From the NCBI GenBank assembly GCA_964016885.1, contig OZ024741.1, forward strand, positions 289,354,001 through 289,418,000: a DNA stretch of 64,000 nucleotides, given 5' to 3'. The DNA comes from Eledone cirrhosa (lineage: Eukaryota). Within the stretch, counting starts at the first letter, position 1. Each line of letters begins with the position of its first letter. The notes beneath the pieces were generated by a model. It had not been told where the DNA came from, did no database searches, and worked only from the letters and a program-made list of their open reading frames with translations. Both the position numbers and the translations under genes were made by a program. This document shows, piece by piece, positions 1 through 13,080 of the stretch.

Positions 1-287
1 AGAAAGGTAATTACGGAAGACAAAGTGGGTGTGACAATGGGAATAAAGTAAAAGTAAATATATATAACAGAAAATATGAAAATATGGAGTAGAGAAACAG
101 ATACTAACAAAGAGTGAGAGAGAGGGGGGATAGCAAATAAAAGACAAACATTTGATGGCAGTGATGATTGTGGTGGTGGTGTTAATAAGGACGGTGGGAG
201 GGAGGTATGTGACTGAAATTGGCTAGATTGAGAACGGGAAGAAGAGATAGAATAATAGATAGATGGATTGGATATATATATATATAT

Positions 288-324
<37 letters not shown>

Positions 325-410
325 GTGAGAGAGGGAGAGTGAGTGAGAGAGAGTGAGTGAGAGTGAGTGAGAGAGAGAGTGAGTGAGAGAGAGAGAGAAA
401 TGTAGACATG

Positions 411-442
<32 letters not shown>

Positions 443-457
443 TATATATATATATAA

Positions 458-488
<31 letters not shown>

Positions 489-537
489 AATGTAGACATG
501 TATATATATACACACACACACATACACATTTATATAT

Positions 538-593
<56 letters not shown>

Positions 594-594
594 T

Positions 595-686
<92 letters not shown>

Positions 687-742
687 ATCCCGTTAAGGGT
701 GAAAGCAGCGATTCTTTGCTTAAACTTAAATCTGTTATTTTA

Positions 743-780
<38 letters not shown>

Positions 781-781
<1 letters not shown>

Positions 782-903
782 AAGTATTTCCGTAGGTAAG
801 GTAAAGGAAAAGAGAATGCTCTATGTAGGCTACATAGCTTTTTAGTTATGTAATAAACAACATAAGATAATTAATTCATTTACCAGTGGTTTCTTGAAGA
901 CAG
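781..903 (-). mobile_element. Truncated copy of the hammerhead-bearing fold-back family at 47078-47373 (tail plus 3' half)
   Basis: Close reverse complement of about 47253-47373 (gaagtatttccgtagg...aacaacataagataatt..catttacca.tggtttc); starts at a (TA)n tract. Confidence 0.75.
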
Positions 904-1093
904 ATATTTATATCTGTCTTTATATAGATAGATATTGATACAGATATAGTTTTATTATTGAAAAGTGAGAAAATATAGAGAAAAGGAAAGAAATTCATTG
1001 ATAGAAATTAAGAAAGAGCGATACATAGGTATCTATAACCAGAGTGTGTGGGGAAGGAGAGAGGAGCGAGACAGAGAAATAGAGAGAAAGAGG

Positions 1094-1126
<33 letters not shown>

Positions 1127-1130
1127 GGGG

Positions 1131-1191
<61 letters not shown>

Positions 1192-2451
1192 ATAAAAATG
1201 TTAGATGGATATGGAAGAGAGATGTAATGATGAGAAGAAAGTAAAAGAAAAGAATGGGGATGTAGTGGTGCAGAGAAGAAAGACAACAACAAAAAAAAAG
1301 GGAAAGAAAGAAGAAAGAAAGAAGAAAGTAAGATAGAAAGGAAGAAAGATAGAAATTCAGAAGAAAAAAGATAGAGAAATGTAAGGTGAAAAATGAACAA
1401 ATAAACCCCCCAAAAAAGAGAGTTGAAAGGAGGAGTTTGAAAGAGAGAGAGAGAGAGAAAAGAAAGAAAGAGAGAGTAATGTAAACAGGAAGGAGGGCAG
1501 GAAGGATGGTAGCTAGGAAAGATCGAAATGGGAAGTTGTTAAGATGAAGGTTAACATGGGTTCGAGTTGAAGCATCGGAGTGTAAAAAAGGCGGTAATAA
1601 TATAAAAAAAATATTAAGACGATTACATGATAAGAAAAGGAAAATATAAAGGAAAGGAAAGAAAACAGTGAAATATATATAAATATATAGATTAATAGAT
1701 GACTAAATAATGGTGATAATGAAAGTGAAAGTAGAAGTAGCGAAAGGGATAAGAGGAAGACTCTAATGACACGAGAGAAGGAAGCAATGATGCAATTAAC
1801 GTAAGAATAACAAGACAGGATGTGGATGAGAAAGATAGTGGCAATGAGGAGGGGAAGTGGCAGGAAAGAGAGAAAGAGAAAGAGAGAATGAGAGAGACAA
1901 ATAGAGCGTGAGAGAATGAGTAAATGTAGAAGACATATGAAAGAATGCGACTGAAGGAGAGATTAATAGAAAATAGTTAATTTTCGACGATGAGTGTTTA
2001 TAGCTTGTTCGTGAGATTAACGTACGTTGGACGTGGTATTTCTTCCGATTCCTTCAGTTCTGAGTTCAACTCCAGCCGAGGACAATCTAGGGTAATGGAT
2101 TGCCAGAATTGTTTGAGCGCCACATAAGATGGTTTGTCGTATTTAATCCGGGTCTTTGCGTCATCCACTTTAAGAACTACACATGGCTCTTGTATGATTT
2201 TAGTGGAGTTCACTATATTGCAAGTATTTGGGCCAGAATTCTAGTTATATGATATATCCACCCTCATTTGGAGGTCTCTTAAAAGAAATTTTGACAATTC
2301 TAATATTATACTGAAATTTTACCAAAATTGTTGCACAAACGAACCCAAAGACCCAGCTTTCATTCATAAGAAGTTTCCGATCTTATGCTTCTGCCAGGCC
2401 TAGAGAATCCAACGAACCAGTCCTCAGTGAAGCGATAATTCAAATAAATTA

Positions 2452-2987
2452 ATAATAATTGTTTCTACTTTAGGCACAAGGCCATCAATTTTGGGGGAGG
2501 GGAAAGTCGATTAAATCGATCCCAGTGCCTGACTGGTACTTTCGATGTTGTTCGATGCTCTAGCGAATAATAATGGTTTCTACATTTAGCACAAGGCCAG
2601 CAATTTAAAGGGAAAGGGAAAGTCGATAAAATTGACCCCAGTGCGGATGAAAGGATGAAAGGGTGAAAGGCATAGAAAACCTTGGCGGGATAAACTCAGA
2701 ACTTAAAGGGACGTAACTCTATGATGCATATCATGGTGTCCGACGCTCTACCGATACTGCCAATCCACCGCTCTGAACGGAATAATTATAATAATAATTG
2801 TTTCTACGTTTGGCACAAGGCCAGTAAATAACCAGTACATTACTGGTACTTTATTTTATCGACCCCGTAAGGATGAAAGGCAAAGTTAACCTCGGCGGAA
2901 TTTGAACTTAGATCATAAAGGGCCATAACTCTATGCTGCAGAGCATGGCGTCCGACCCTCTATCGATACTGCCAATCCACAACCCTT
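2452..2987 (-). mobile_element. Tandem cluster of tRNA-derived SINE copies (octopus-type family)
   Basis: Minus strand has B-box-like GTTCAAATTCC, the body CTTTGCCTTTCATCCTTACGGGGTCGATAAAATAAAGTACCAG and 3' end GTAGAAACAATTATTATT; the same family recurs many times in the window. Confidence 0.85.
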
Positions 2988-3232
2988 AATAAATGAATAA
3001 TAATGGTTTTTATAAAAGTTCTTGGTAGCAAACTATCCCTAACTTCCATGTCCATGAACATATTGCGTGAGTTTACCTCCCTCACAAGTCAAGCCAGCAC
3101 TGCAGTATTGACTGTTCTAACCTTGGTTTGTCATATGTTTCTATCATAATCACAGATAAGAATATTGGGAGGGAGGAGAGAGTAGTTGATGAGATCCACA
3201 GTTATAGTAGTACAGGCAGCAAATTGGCAGTC

Positions 3233-3350
3233 ATTAGAACGTTGGATAGAATGTATTGCGGTATTTGTTCCGACTCTGAGTTCAAATCCCTCCAGGAACG
3301 TTATTCTGCTTCATCCTTTCGAGTTCAATAAAAAAATGTACCAGTCCAGT
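3233..3350 (+). mobile_element. Degenerate SINE copy
   Basis: GAGTTCAAATCCC B-box-like motif followed by TCATCCTTTCG...GTACCAG body; similar copy at 17048-17185. Confidence 0.6.
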
Positions 3351-3658
3351 AATGAGGTCGATTTTTACTCTATATTCTTTTTCCTAATTCCACCCGCCTC
3401 TCTCTCTCTAACCATTTCTCCTTCATTGGGAGGAATAGGCTGTATTCAAACTTTAGAAGAGATGGGCTCTGCCAGGTTCAAAATGGCCATATCACATTGC
3501 ATGTCACTACGGTGCTCCAACGATGACATTCGGTGTAACCAGTACAAGCACATTTACGGTTAATCGTTCTCATATTTCCTCTACACTCTGGCATAAATAG
3601 TTACATTCCTGTGCTTGATCTAGGCCTCTTCACTCTCCTCTTCATTTTCCACATAATT

Positions 3659-3751
<93 letters not shown>

Positions 3752-3791
3752 ATATTAGTATATATATATACACACACACACACACACATAC

Positions 3792-3876
<85 letters not shown>

Positions 3877-3922
3877 AACGAGTAGATATATATCCGTATA
3901 TAGTTGACGGCTGATGACCCTG

Positions 3923-3992
3923 TGGAGAATATCATACAAGAGAAACCGAGAATATATATATATATATATTATAAAATAACATGTAAAATAAA

Positions 3993-4030
<38 letters not shown>

Positions 4031-4101
4031 TTTATTTTACATGTTATTTTATAATATATATATATATATATTCTCGGTTTCTCTTGTATGATATTCTCCA
4101 C
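3923..4101. repeat. Long palindrome centred on a (TA)n tract
   Basis: gtggagaatatcatacaagagaaaccgagaa...aaatgtgt, then (TA)n, then its reverse complement ending ...gatattctccac. Confidence 0.9.
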
Positions 4102-4427
4102 GCCTATTTCACTTAATTTCCTCCTCATTCTCCTCTATCTCTCACTTCTCTAACTTCTAGATGACATCAATCACATTATTCAACAAATTTCGATTGGATT
4201 ATATAATGTTCGGAATTTAAAAAAAGGGGAGGGGGGGTAATTTAAATAACCAAAGTATACGTTATATAACTTTTCCTCTATTCATATTCATATTTTCTAT
4301 TATATTATCCAGACCATTTTTTAAGAAATTCCTATGTCTTAGAAGCTGTTATTCTTTCATTTTCAATGTTGGGTTAGATTTCACGTTTTCTCCGCTTTTA
4401 TCATACATGACTGCTCATTTTTACTCA

Positions 4428-4482
<55 letters not shown>

Positions 4483-4570
4483 TTCACTCTCACTCACTAA
4501 TTCTCTCTCCCCTCTCACTCTGTCTCTCACTCTCCTCCCCTCTCCCTCACTCTCACTCACTCTTCCCACA

Positions 4571-4605
<35 letters not shown>

Positions 4606-4923
4606 ACTCACTCTCTCCTTCTCTCTCTCTCACCTTCACTCTCACTCACTAATTCTCTCTCCCCTCTCACTCTGTCTCTCACTCTCCTGCTCTCTCCCTC
4701 ACTCTCACACAGTCTCCCCCCCCCATCTCTCTCTCTCTCTCTCTTACTTTATTTTACCTACTCCCTCTCTCATTCTCCTGTCTTATGCTCTCTCAGTGTT
4801 TCTCTTATCGGTATTCCACTCTCCCAACCTTCCTTTCCTTCATCTCTTTTCTACACTCCAACTCTATCATTCCTTCTATTCTCCTCTCCCCCGATACTCT
4901 ACCTTACACCAGGTTTACATTCT

Positions 4924-4980
<57 letters not shown>

Positions 4981-5185
4981 TCTCTCTCACACTCATTATT
5001 GTCACCACTTCCTCATATCAATTATCTATATTTCTCTCTCTCCTTTTTTCGCTCCCTTCTCTCCCATACGTTTGAATCTCACTCTTCTTAATCTCACTCG
5101 TCTCTCTAAATCCCAAACATTTACTTACTCTCTCTCGCTCACTCTTTCTTCTACTCCTTAACTTCTACAGCACACGTCAAATATA

Positions 5186-5217
<32 letters not shown>

Positions 5218-5630
5218 AAACCACGCATGATGTTAAACTAGCCTGCTTTTAAATTCCCTTTTTGGCATATTACCAGTGAGACCTTGGTTACCATGTTGAG
5301 CTCTGCTGAGGAACGAAATCCAACCGTGACCATCTCCACTGAAAGTTTTCGTGAAATAGTCTTTTCAAGACTATACAGAGCATTTGAAGTTGTCTCAAAT
5401 TGAAGGTTGAGTACTTTAGACTTTGTTTTATCATGAGTTAAGGCTCTATTGATTTTTCCCTGGATTTCTCTAAATTCTGTTGGATAAATCTATATCCTGA
5501 TTCTTTTTGAATTGAGTTTGAATTATTTTTCCCGTATCTTATGTTAACTATTTTCGCATTTTGACGCTATAGTCACTTATATATTATGGAATACTGTTAG
5601 CTTCTCGCTACAACAATTTCTATACTTTTC

Positions 5631-5686
<56 letters not shown>

Positions 5687-5692
<6 letters not shown>

Positions 5693-6283
5693 TAAAATAA
5701 CAGATTAAAGTTTAAGCAAAGAATCGCTGCTTTCACCATTAACGGGATCTTCTGAAACTAACAAAGTCAATCTGTAAACGCAGAAGAGGATATTTCAAAA
5801 AACGTTGCAGCCGGAGGAAGACAGGAAGACGATACTTTGGTTCGTGGAAACGTTCCCTGGCAAAGAACGGGAAAAAACGAATATAATACGTCATTAATAG
5901 GAGCGGTGAAAAACAATTACACGCAAAGACAAAACCACGTTTATGGTATAAAAGAAGTCGTAGACTAATGTTCTCTTAGGTGGTTCATAGAGACGTTCTC
6001 TGGCAATGAACGAAAAAAAACGAAGATAATACGCCATATGTGGAGCGTGGAGAACAATTGCACGCAAAGACAAAACCACGTAAATGGTATAGCAGAAGGC
6101 GTAGACTAAAATTCTAACTAGGAAACCGAATGAATCTCCGCTTTAGAGTTAAGAATAAAGTAAATGAAATACAATACAGAGGTAAAAGAAATTAAATAAA
6201 TACATACACGCATACAAATACGTACACACACAAGCATACGCGAAAACACTTGCCATAGGTATACAAAACCACGCACATATTAC

Positions 6284-6290
<7 letters not shown>
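5687..6290 (-). mobile_element. Penelope-like non-coding element, family A (minus copy; variant hammerhead at 5700-5775)
   Basis: Reverse complement of about 13955-14517; internal ~140-bp tandem duplication; flanked by (TA)n on both sides. Confidence 0.75.
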
Positions 6291-6315
<25 letters not shown>

Positions 6316-6552
6316 AATGTATATATATATTTCGTTTCTGAATTTGTTTAGCAAGATTCTTTATCTGAAATCGTGTGTTGAAACCGATATTGTTATACTT
6401 TGGGAGGGTCATGTTGCCAATAAGAAACACACGCACCAGTTGCTTTCACTTCAATTTATTATATATTTATAAATTTATAAATTTACAAATCTACAAATTT
6501 ATAAATTTCTGGTTGGTTGGTTGGTTCCACAACCAGATAGTTGTTTATATAT

Positions 6553-6597
6553 AGTCATAGTCCTTTCGTCACACACTCTGTGACCTCTTCAGTGACT
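6553..6597 (-). ncRNA. Minimal type I hammerhead ribozyme
   Basis: Reverse complement of the 6717-6761 motif. Confidence 0.7.
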
Positions 6598-6716
6598 GGG
6601 GATTCCTTTCTTTGTTTCTGGGCCTTTCCTTTCTTCTGTCCTACGCCATTTTGTTTCTGTGTGTGTGTTGTATGCTCAGAAGAAAGGAAAGGCACAGAAC
6701 AAAGAAAGGAATCCCC

Positions 6717-6761
6717 AGTCACTGAAGAGGTCACAGAGTGTGTGACGAAAGGACTATGACT
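6717..6761 (+). ncRNA. Minimal type I hammerhead ribozyme
   Basis: agtca-CTGAAGA-g-gtcac(agagtgt)gtgac-GAAA-ggac-TA-tgact: stem I agtca/tgact, stem II gtcac/gtgac, near-absent stem III. Confidence 0.7.
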
Positions 6762-6960
6762 ATATATAAACAACTATCTGTTTGTGGAACCAACCAACCA
6801 ACCAGAAATTTATAAATTTGTAGATTTGTAAATTTATAAATTTATAAATATATAATAAATTGAAGTGAAAGCAACTGGTGCGTGTGTTTCTTATTGGCAA
6901 CATGACCCTCCCAAAGTATAACAATATGTATATATATATATAGATATATATGTCTCTCTC

Positions 6961-7073
<113 letters not shown>

Positions 7074-7094
7074 GAGTCGCAAGCGGTGAGAGGG

Positions 7095-7138
7095 ACCGTC
7101 CTGACGAAGGTCAGTTAAGCCTGAAATGCATAGACGGT
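7095..7138 (+). ncRNA. Minimal type I hammerhead ribozyme with palindromic loop 3
   Basis: accgtc-CTGACGA-agg(tcagttaag)cct-GAAA-tgca-TA-gacggt: 6-bp stem I, intact core, ATGCAT palindrome. Confidence 0.85.
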
Positions 7139-7252
7139 TGTCCCCCTTGCTTCTGCTGGACATCACCAGAGGGCGTTAGCCCCCCCCCCCCCCCCCCCGG
7201 TGTTTGCATAGCTACGGCTTCCTAAAACTGTATTTCTTTGGAGATACGAAAT

Positions 7253-7337
<85 letters not shown>

Positions 7338-7673
7338 CGTCTCCCCATTCATTCATTCTCATCTATTCAAACGATATGTTCGGTATTTCTTAAAGTTTAT
7401 CAAGGAAAATTCTCTCTTTCTCTCTGTATAAATATATATGTGAATATATAGATCCCCCTATGTGAATATATATATATATATATGTATATGTATTATATGT
7501 TTTCATATATATTTGAGTATATATATACATACATACACACGCGCGCACACACACACACACACACGCACACACACACCCACACACACACACACACACATAT
7601 ATATATGTATATATATGTAAACGGAAAAAATGAAACGAAATTTCATTTTCATGTATATATATACATACATACA

Positions 7674-7802
<129 letters not shown>

Positions 7803-8179
7803 ACAGGGAAAAGATGGTTGAAGCTGTTCAGTAGTTGTACATGTAATGATTGCTCGGTAAAGTAGAGATTCCGGTATAAGGGGTGGTCGAGCTCGAGGTT
7901 GTGGTGGTGGTGATGACTGTGGCAGTAATGGCGGAGATATGTGGTTGTATAGATTCTAGAAAGGCCGAGTGGTGGCATTTGAAAGCGTGGTGATGTGTAG
8001 CTATTTTAAGAAATTATAACATTATAACAAGACAAAATAAATAGAAGGATGAGAAATTGTGCAATAAAGAACCAATCAAAATGCGTTTGGTGTTTTCTTC
8101 ACTTTATCTACGTTATAATTTTCTTGATGTTGTTGATAGATTGGCTTGATGTTTATATACATATATATATATATATATA

Positions 8180-8278
<99 letters not shown>

Positions 8279-8285
8279 TTATTTT

Positions 8286-8340
<55 letters not shown>

Positions 8341-8345
8341 TTGGG

Positions 8346-8400
<55 letters not shown>

Positions 8401-8411
8401 TATGTATATAA

Positions 8412-8442
<31 letters not shown>

Positions 8443-8469
8443 CATGACACACACACACATATATATATA

Positions 8470-8500
<31 letters not shown>

Positions 8501-8580
8501 TTGTTTGTATATATATATATATATACACATAAATATGTCAGTGGCTGTGGTATATGTGCACATCTGTATATATGTATGTA

Positions 8581-8695
<115 letters not shown>

Positions 8696-8843
8696 TTAAC
8701 TATGGTTCATATGGTTGTTGTTGTTGTTGCAGCTGCTGATAATCTTATTGTTGATGTTGTCGTTCTTCATTCTGAAGATATTCTATTATATTTATCTTAA
8801 GCATTCATATTCCTTAATTCCCTCGAGTGATGGATCACTCACA

Positions 8844-9280
8844 CACCACCACCACCACCACCACCACCACCCATACCACCACCAACACCACCACCACCAC
8901 CACCCACACCGACATTAACAACATCTCCAACACCACCACAACCACTACCACCACCACCACCACCACCACCACCACCACCACCACCACCACCACCACCACC
9001 ACCACCACCCACACCAACACCACCCATACCACCACCACCACCCACACCCACACTACCACCACCACACCCACACCAACATTAACAACATCTCCACCACAAC
9101 CACCACAACCACTACCAACACCACCACCAACACCACCAACACCACCACAACCACCACTATCACCACCACCATTATCATCACCAACACCAGCAGCACTAAG
9201 ACCACAATCAACACCACCACCTCCAACATCACCATCCCCACCACCACAACCACCATCAACTCCCCCCCCCCACCACAGTC
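8844..9280. repeat. (CCA)n-rich trinucleotide tract
   Basis: Direct reading. Confidence 0.9.
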
Positions 9281-9384
9281 AACATCAATAATATGATAAT
9301 TAACACCGCCACTAAAAATAGCACCCCAACACCACCAACACCACCACCACCAGGCTCATAAACTTTAACACAACCACCCTTCCC

Positions 9385-10910
9385 CATCACCACACCACTC
9401 ACCATCACCATACCTCCCACCATCACCACACCACTCACCATCACTACATAACTCACCACCACCACACCACCCACCATCACCACACCACTCACCACCACCA
9501 CACCACCCACCATCCCCCACCACTCACCACCACCACACCACCCACCATCACCACCTCACCCACCATCACCCCACCACTCACCATCACCACACCACCCACC
9601 ATCACCACACCACTCACCCTCACCACACCACTCGCCCACACCACACCACTCACCCTCACCACACCACTCACCCTCACCACACCACTCGCCCACACCACAC
9701 CACTCACCCTCACCCTCACCACACCACTCTCCCACACCACACCACTCACCATCACCACACCACTCACCATCACCACACCACTCGCCCACACCACACCACT
9801 CGCCCACACCACACCACTCGCCCACACCACACCACTCACCATCACCACTACACCCACCACACTATCACCACACCACTCTCCCACACCACACCACTCGCCC
9901 ACACCACACCACTCACCATCACCACTCCACCCACCATCACCACTCCACCCACCACACTATCACCACACCACTCACCCTCACCACACCACTCGCCCACACC
10001 ACACCACTCACCATCACCACTCCACCCACCATCACCACTCCACCCACCACACTATCACCACACCACTCACCATCACCACACCACTCGCCCACACCACACC
10101 ACTCACCATCACCACTCCACCCACCATCACCACTCCACCCACCACACTATCACCACACCACTCACCCTCACCACACCACTCACCATCACCACACCACTCA
10201 CCCTCACCACACCACTCGCCCACACCACACCACTCACCATCACCACACCACTCGCCCACACCACACCACTCACCATCACCACACCACCCACCATCACCAC
10301 ACCACTCACCCTCACCACACCACTCACCATCACCACACCACTCACCCTCACCACACCACTCGCCCACACCACACCACCCACCATCACCACACCACTCACC
10401 CTCACCACACCACTCACCATCACCACACCACTCACCCTCACCACACCACTCACCATCACCACACCACTCACCCTCACCACACTACTCGCCCACACCACAC
10501 CACTCACCATCACCACACCACTCGCCCACACAACACCACTCACCATCACCACACCACTCACCCTCACCACACCACTCACCATCACCACACCACTCGCCCA
10601 CACCACACCACTCACCATCACCACACCACTCGCCCACACCACACCACTCACCATCACCACACCACTCACCCTCACCACACCACTCACCATCACCACACCA
10701 CTCGCCCACACCACACCACTCACCATCACCACAACACTCACCATCACCACACCACTCACCCTCACCACACCACTCACCATCACCACACCACTCACCCTCA
10801 CCACACGACTCACAACCACCACACCACTCACCATCACCACTCCACCCACCACACTATCACCACACCACTCACCATCACCACCCAACATCACCACACCATA
10901 CACCATCACC
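9385..10910. repeat. 18-bp-unit C/A-rich minisatellite
   Basis: Units ccacaccactcaccatca, ccacaccactcaccctca and ccacaccactcgcccaca interleaved. Confidence 0.9.
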
Positions 10911-11266
10911 CACCGTCACCCGCCACATCATCAACTATCCCCCCCCACTCACCCCCCCCACCACACTGCCCTTGCAATCCCTGTCCGTGATTGCGAACAA
11001 ATTGCTGCTGACAGAAGGCACAGGGGAGAAAGGTGCCATAGTGCCATCAAAAGCTTTGGAGCCAGTCGCATAGGGAACGTGCGTGTTGACAGGGACGAAG
11101 TAATGGGCCTTTATACCTGCGAGACTCTCCATAACCTCTTGCACTTGCGACCTATGTCGCTTGGATTGTGGGTCACTGGCGGGATTAAAATGTCACATGA
11201 GACACCGCCATCCAGAGAGCTAAACTTTTGTTGGACACTCATACGTCGAATATCGACGGGAGAGTT

Positions 11267-11326
<60 letters not shown>

Positions 11327-11533
11327 TTGTGTGTGTTTGTGTGGGGTGCATGTTCGTATGCATATCTCTGTTTTCTCTCTCTCTCTCCATATATATATAT
11401 TTATATGTATATATATACATATATAAATGTATGCGATGAAATACCAATGATGGTTGGCAAAATCACTGATGAGTGACTAATTTTATAATATGTAATCCAT
11501 GTGCAACCATGCAGTATTCTTCTTCCTCTTGTT

Positions 11534-11566
<33 letters not shown>

Positions 11567-11570
<4 letters not shown>

Positions 11571-11765
11571 AAGAAGGTGATAGGGATGTAAACAAGAGAA
11601 GAAAAGTAGCCCTTCGTCAGCTCTTTACCACGGATCATAGATGTTTCGTCGCTTGCGCCATAGTAAACAGCTGACGAAGAGCTACTTTTCTTCTCTTGTT
11701 TACATCCCTATCACCTTCTTACACTTCGTTTTCAGTAACCACACAGCTTGGCTCTTTACCTGTAT
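11567..11765 (+). mobile_element. Short (TA)n-anchored fold-back element with partial hammerhead core
   Basis: Inverted arms about 11567-11622 and 11669-11724, each containing CTGACGAAG; tail to about 11765; no GAAA half in register. Confidence 0.6.
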
Positions 11766-11871
11766 TTATATATATATATATATATATTGTTCGCACCAAC
11801 CTGAGGCATATGGCCCTTAAAGCGATGAAATGCCTGGGACGGTTGGAGGGTCACTGATGAAGGACTTACTT

Positions 11872-11902
<31 letters not shown>

Positions 11903-11972
11903 AACGAGGAAGAATATTTATTGCATATCGACCTCGATTCGGTACCAACACCAGTTTTTCACCGTACAATCT

Positions 11973-12009
<37 letters not shown>

Positions 12010-12040
12010 GAACACAAGAGCGTCTACAACATCAAAAGAT

Positions 12041-12102
12041 TTTTATTGGCTAACAATGTTTCTTCCTTACGTGTAACCGTAGGATTCATCAGAGCTATAA
12101 AA
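12041..12102 (-). ncRNA. Type I hammerhead ribozyme at the 3' end of a decayed Penelope-like element
   Basis: Minus strand ttttatagct-CTGATGA-a-tcctacg(gttaca)cgtaagga-a-GAAA-cattg-TT-agccaataaaa. Confidence 0.7.
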
Positions 12103-12719
12103 GGGGGTTTGATTGGTGTTATGGACTCTACCAACCAAACACTCAAGAACAAAGAGTAAAGAGAGTAAAGAGCAAAAGTAGGGGACGATAAGTCTAATTT
12201 TGGTGCGGGAGGGTGGGGTGTTGGTCCTTGTTTACTAGCTGCGGTCATATTCATTCCCGGGGGTCGGGTGGTTAGCTGAACCATATATGGGGTGGCATCG
12301 ATAGTATGGTGCAGAGGGTGCGCAGAGGCTACACAAACACAAAGGGCGTAGAATACATATATACATATAGCGGAGGAGAAGGTACATGAGGTAATTAGAA
12401 ATGGAAAAAGAGTAATAATAATAATCTATAATTAATAGTGTATAATAAGGCATGGGGAAGATTACACTATAATAAGGTATAAAGGTAAGAATAAGGTAAA
12501 ATATAAAGGAGGATAAAAGTGGAAATAATAATAAAGATAAAAAATATATAGAGAATATATAAGGAAATATAAGCGAATATTTGGAGGGGAAAACACTATG
12601 TAAAAAAAACGATTTTTTTCAAACAATAATAAAAATATAATAAAAATATAATAATTATGGGGGGAGAAAACAGGATAGAGAAATATGATCAAGTGTGATT
12701 CGTTGAGAGAATATAGGAT

Positions 12720-13080
12720 GATAACAGTTGTGTCCGGTTTATATATCTTAATAATAAATAATAAACAATATGTGTATCAGAGTTGCAGAACCTTCAATTC
12801 ACTTACGGGTTCAAGCCACGTGGCATGGTCCATTGTTTATCTGTGCGGTCATGTGCGTTTGTTTTTGACACCACAGCAGATGCACAAGTTTGTAAATTCC
12901 AATGCAGATAGAAATCAATTTTTGCTCACCCGGACATTGACCGAGGATCCAATATTCCTAGTTCAATATGTGTTTGGTGTTATTTTGGTCGCACAAATCA
13001 ATCAATTGGTTCAATATATGGCGTATGGTTTTCTGGTCTTCGTAACAGTGTCAGTGGTTGTATATTTGGAAGTCACAAGG
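12720..13080 (-). pseudogene. Highly decayed GIY-YIG endonuclease relic (Penelope-like element)
   Basis: Manual minus-strand translation with stops gives PYAIY..LICATK..IGSSVNVRV and a terminal IKIYKP; lies upstream of the 12041-12102 hammerhead on the same strand. Confidence 0.45.

Larger units (their letters stand above)
6330..6926 (-). mobile_element. Fold-back Penelope-like mini-element, family B (two hammerheads)
   Basis: ~230-bp inverted arms 6387-6616 and 6698-6926; extra tail 6330-6386 on one arm only; (TA)n flanks; second copy at 54388-54856. Confidence 0.8.

Noticed and set aside
1998-2213. 71-aa complex minus-strand ORF
   Set aside because: No recognisable motif or clear splice signals; cannot assign
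2364-2431. Minus-strand ttca-CTGAGGA...GAAA..TA-tgaa hammerhead-like motif
   Set aside because: Stem II and stem III do not pair convincingly; could be a decayed copy or chance
5280-5580. Possible ancient LINE coding relic (also 16420-16930) and possible hAT relic at 40240-40700
   Set aside because: Only faint motif resemblance through many stops; needs profile search
6390-6922. TGT...ACA termini suggesting a solo LTR
   Set aside because: The termini follow from the palindrome; no PBS, PPT or direct-repeat partner
9489-10909. Repetitive GEWCG and SGVV ORFs resembling structural or metal-binding proteins
   Set aside because: Consequence of an 18-bp unit; open in several frames with no unique flanking coding sequence
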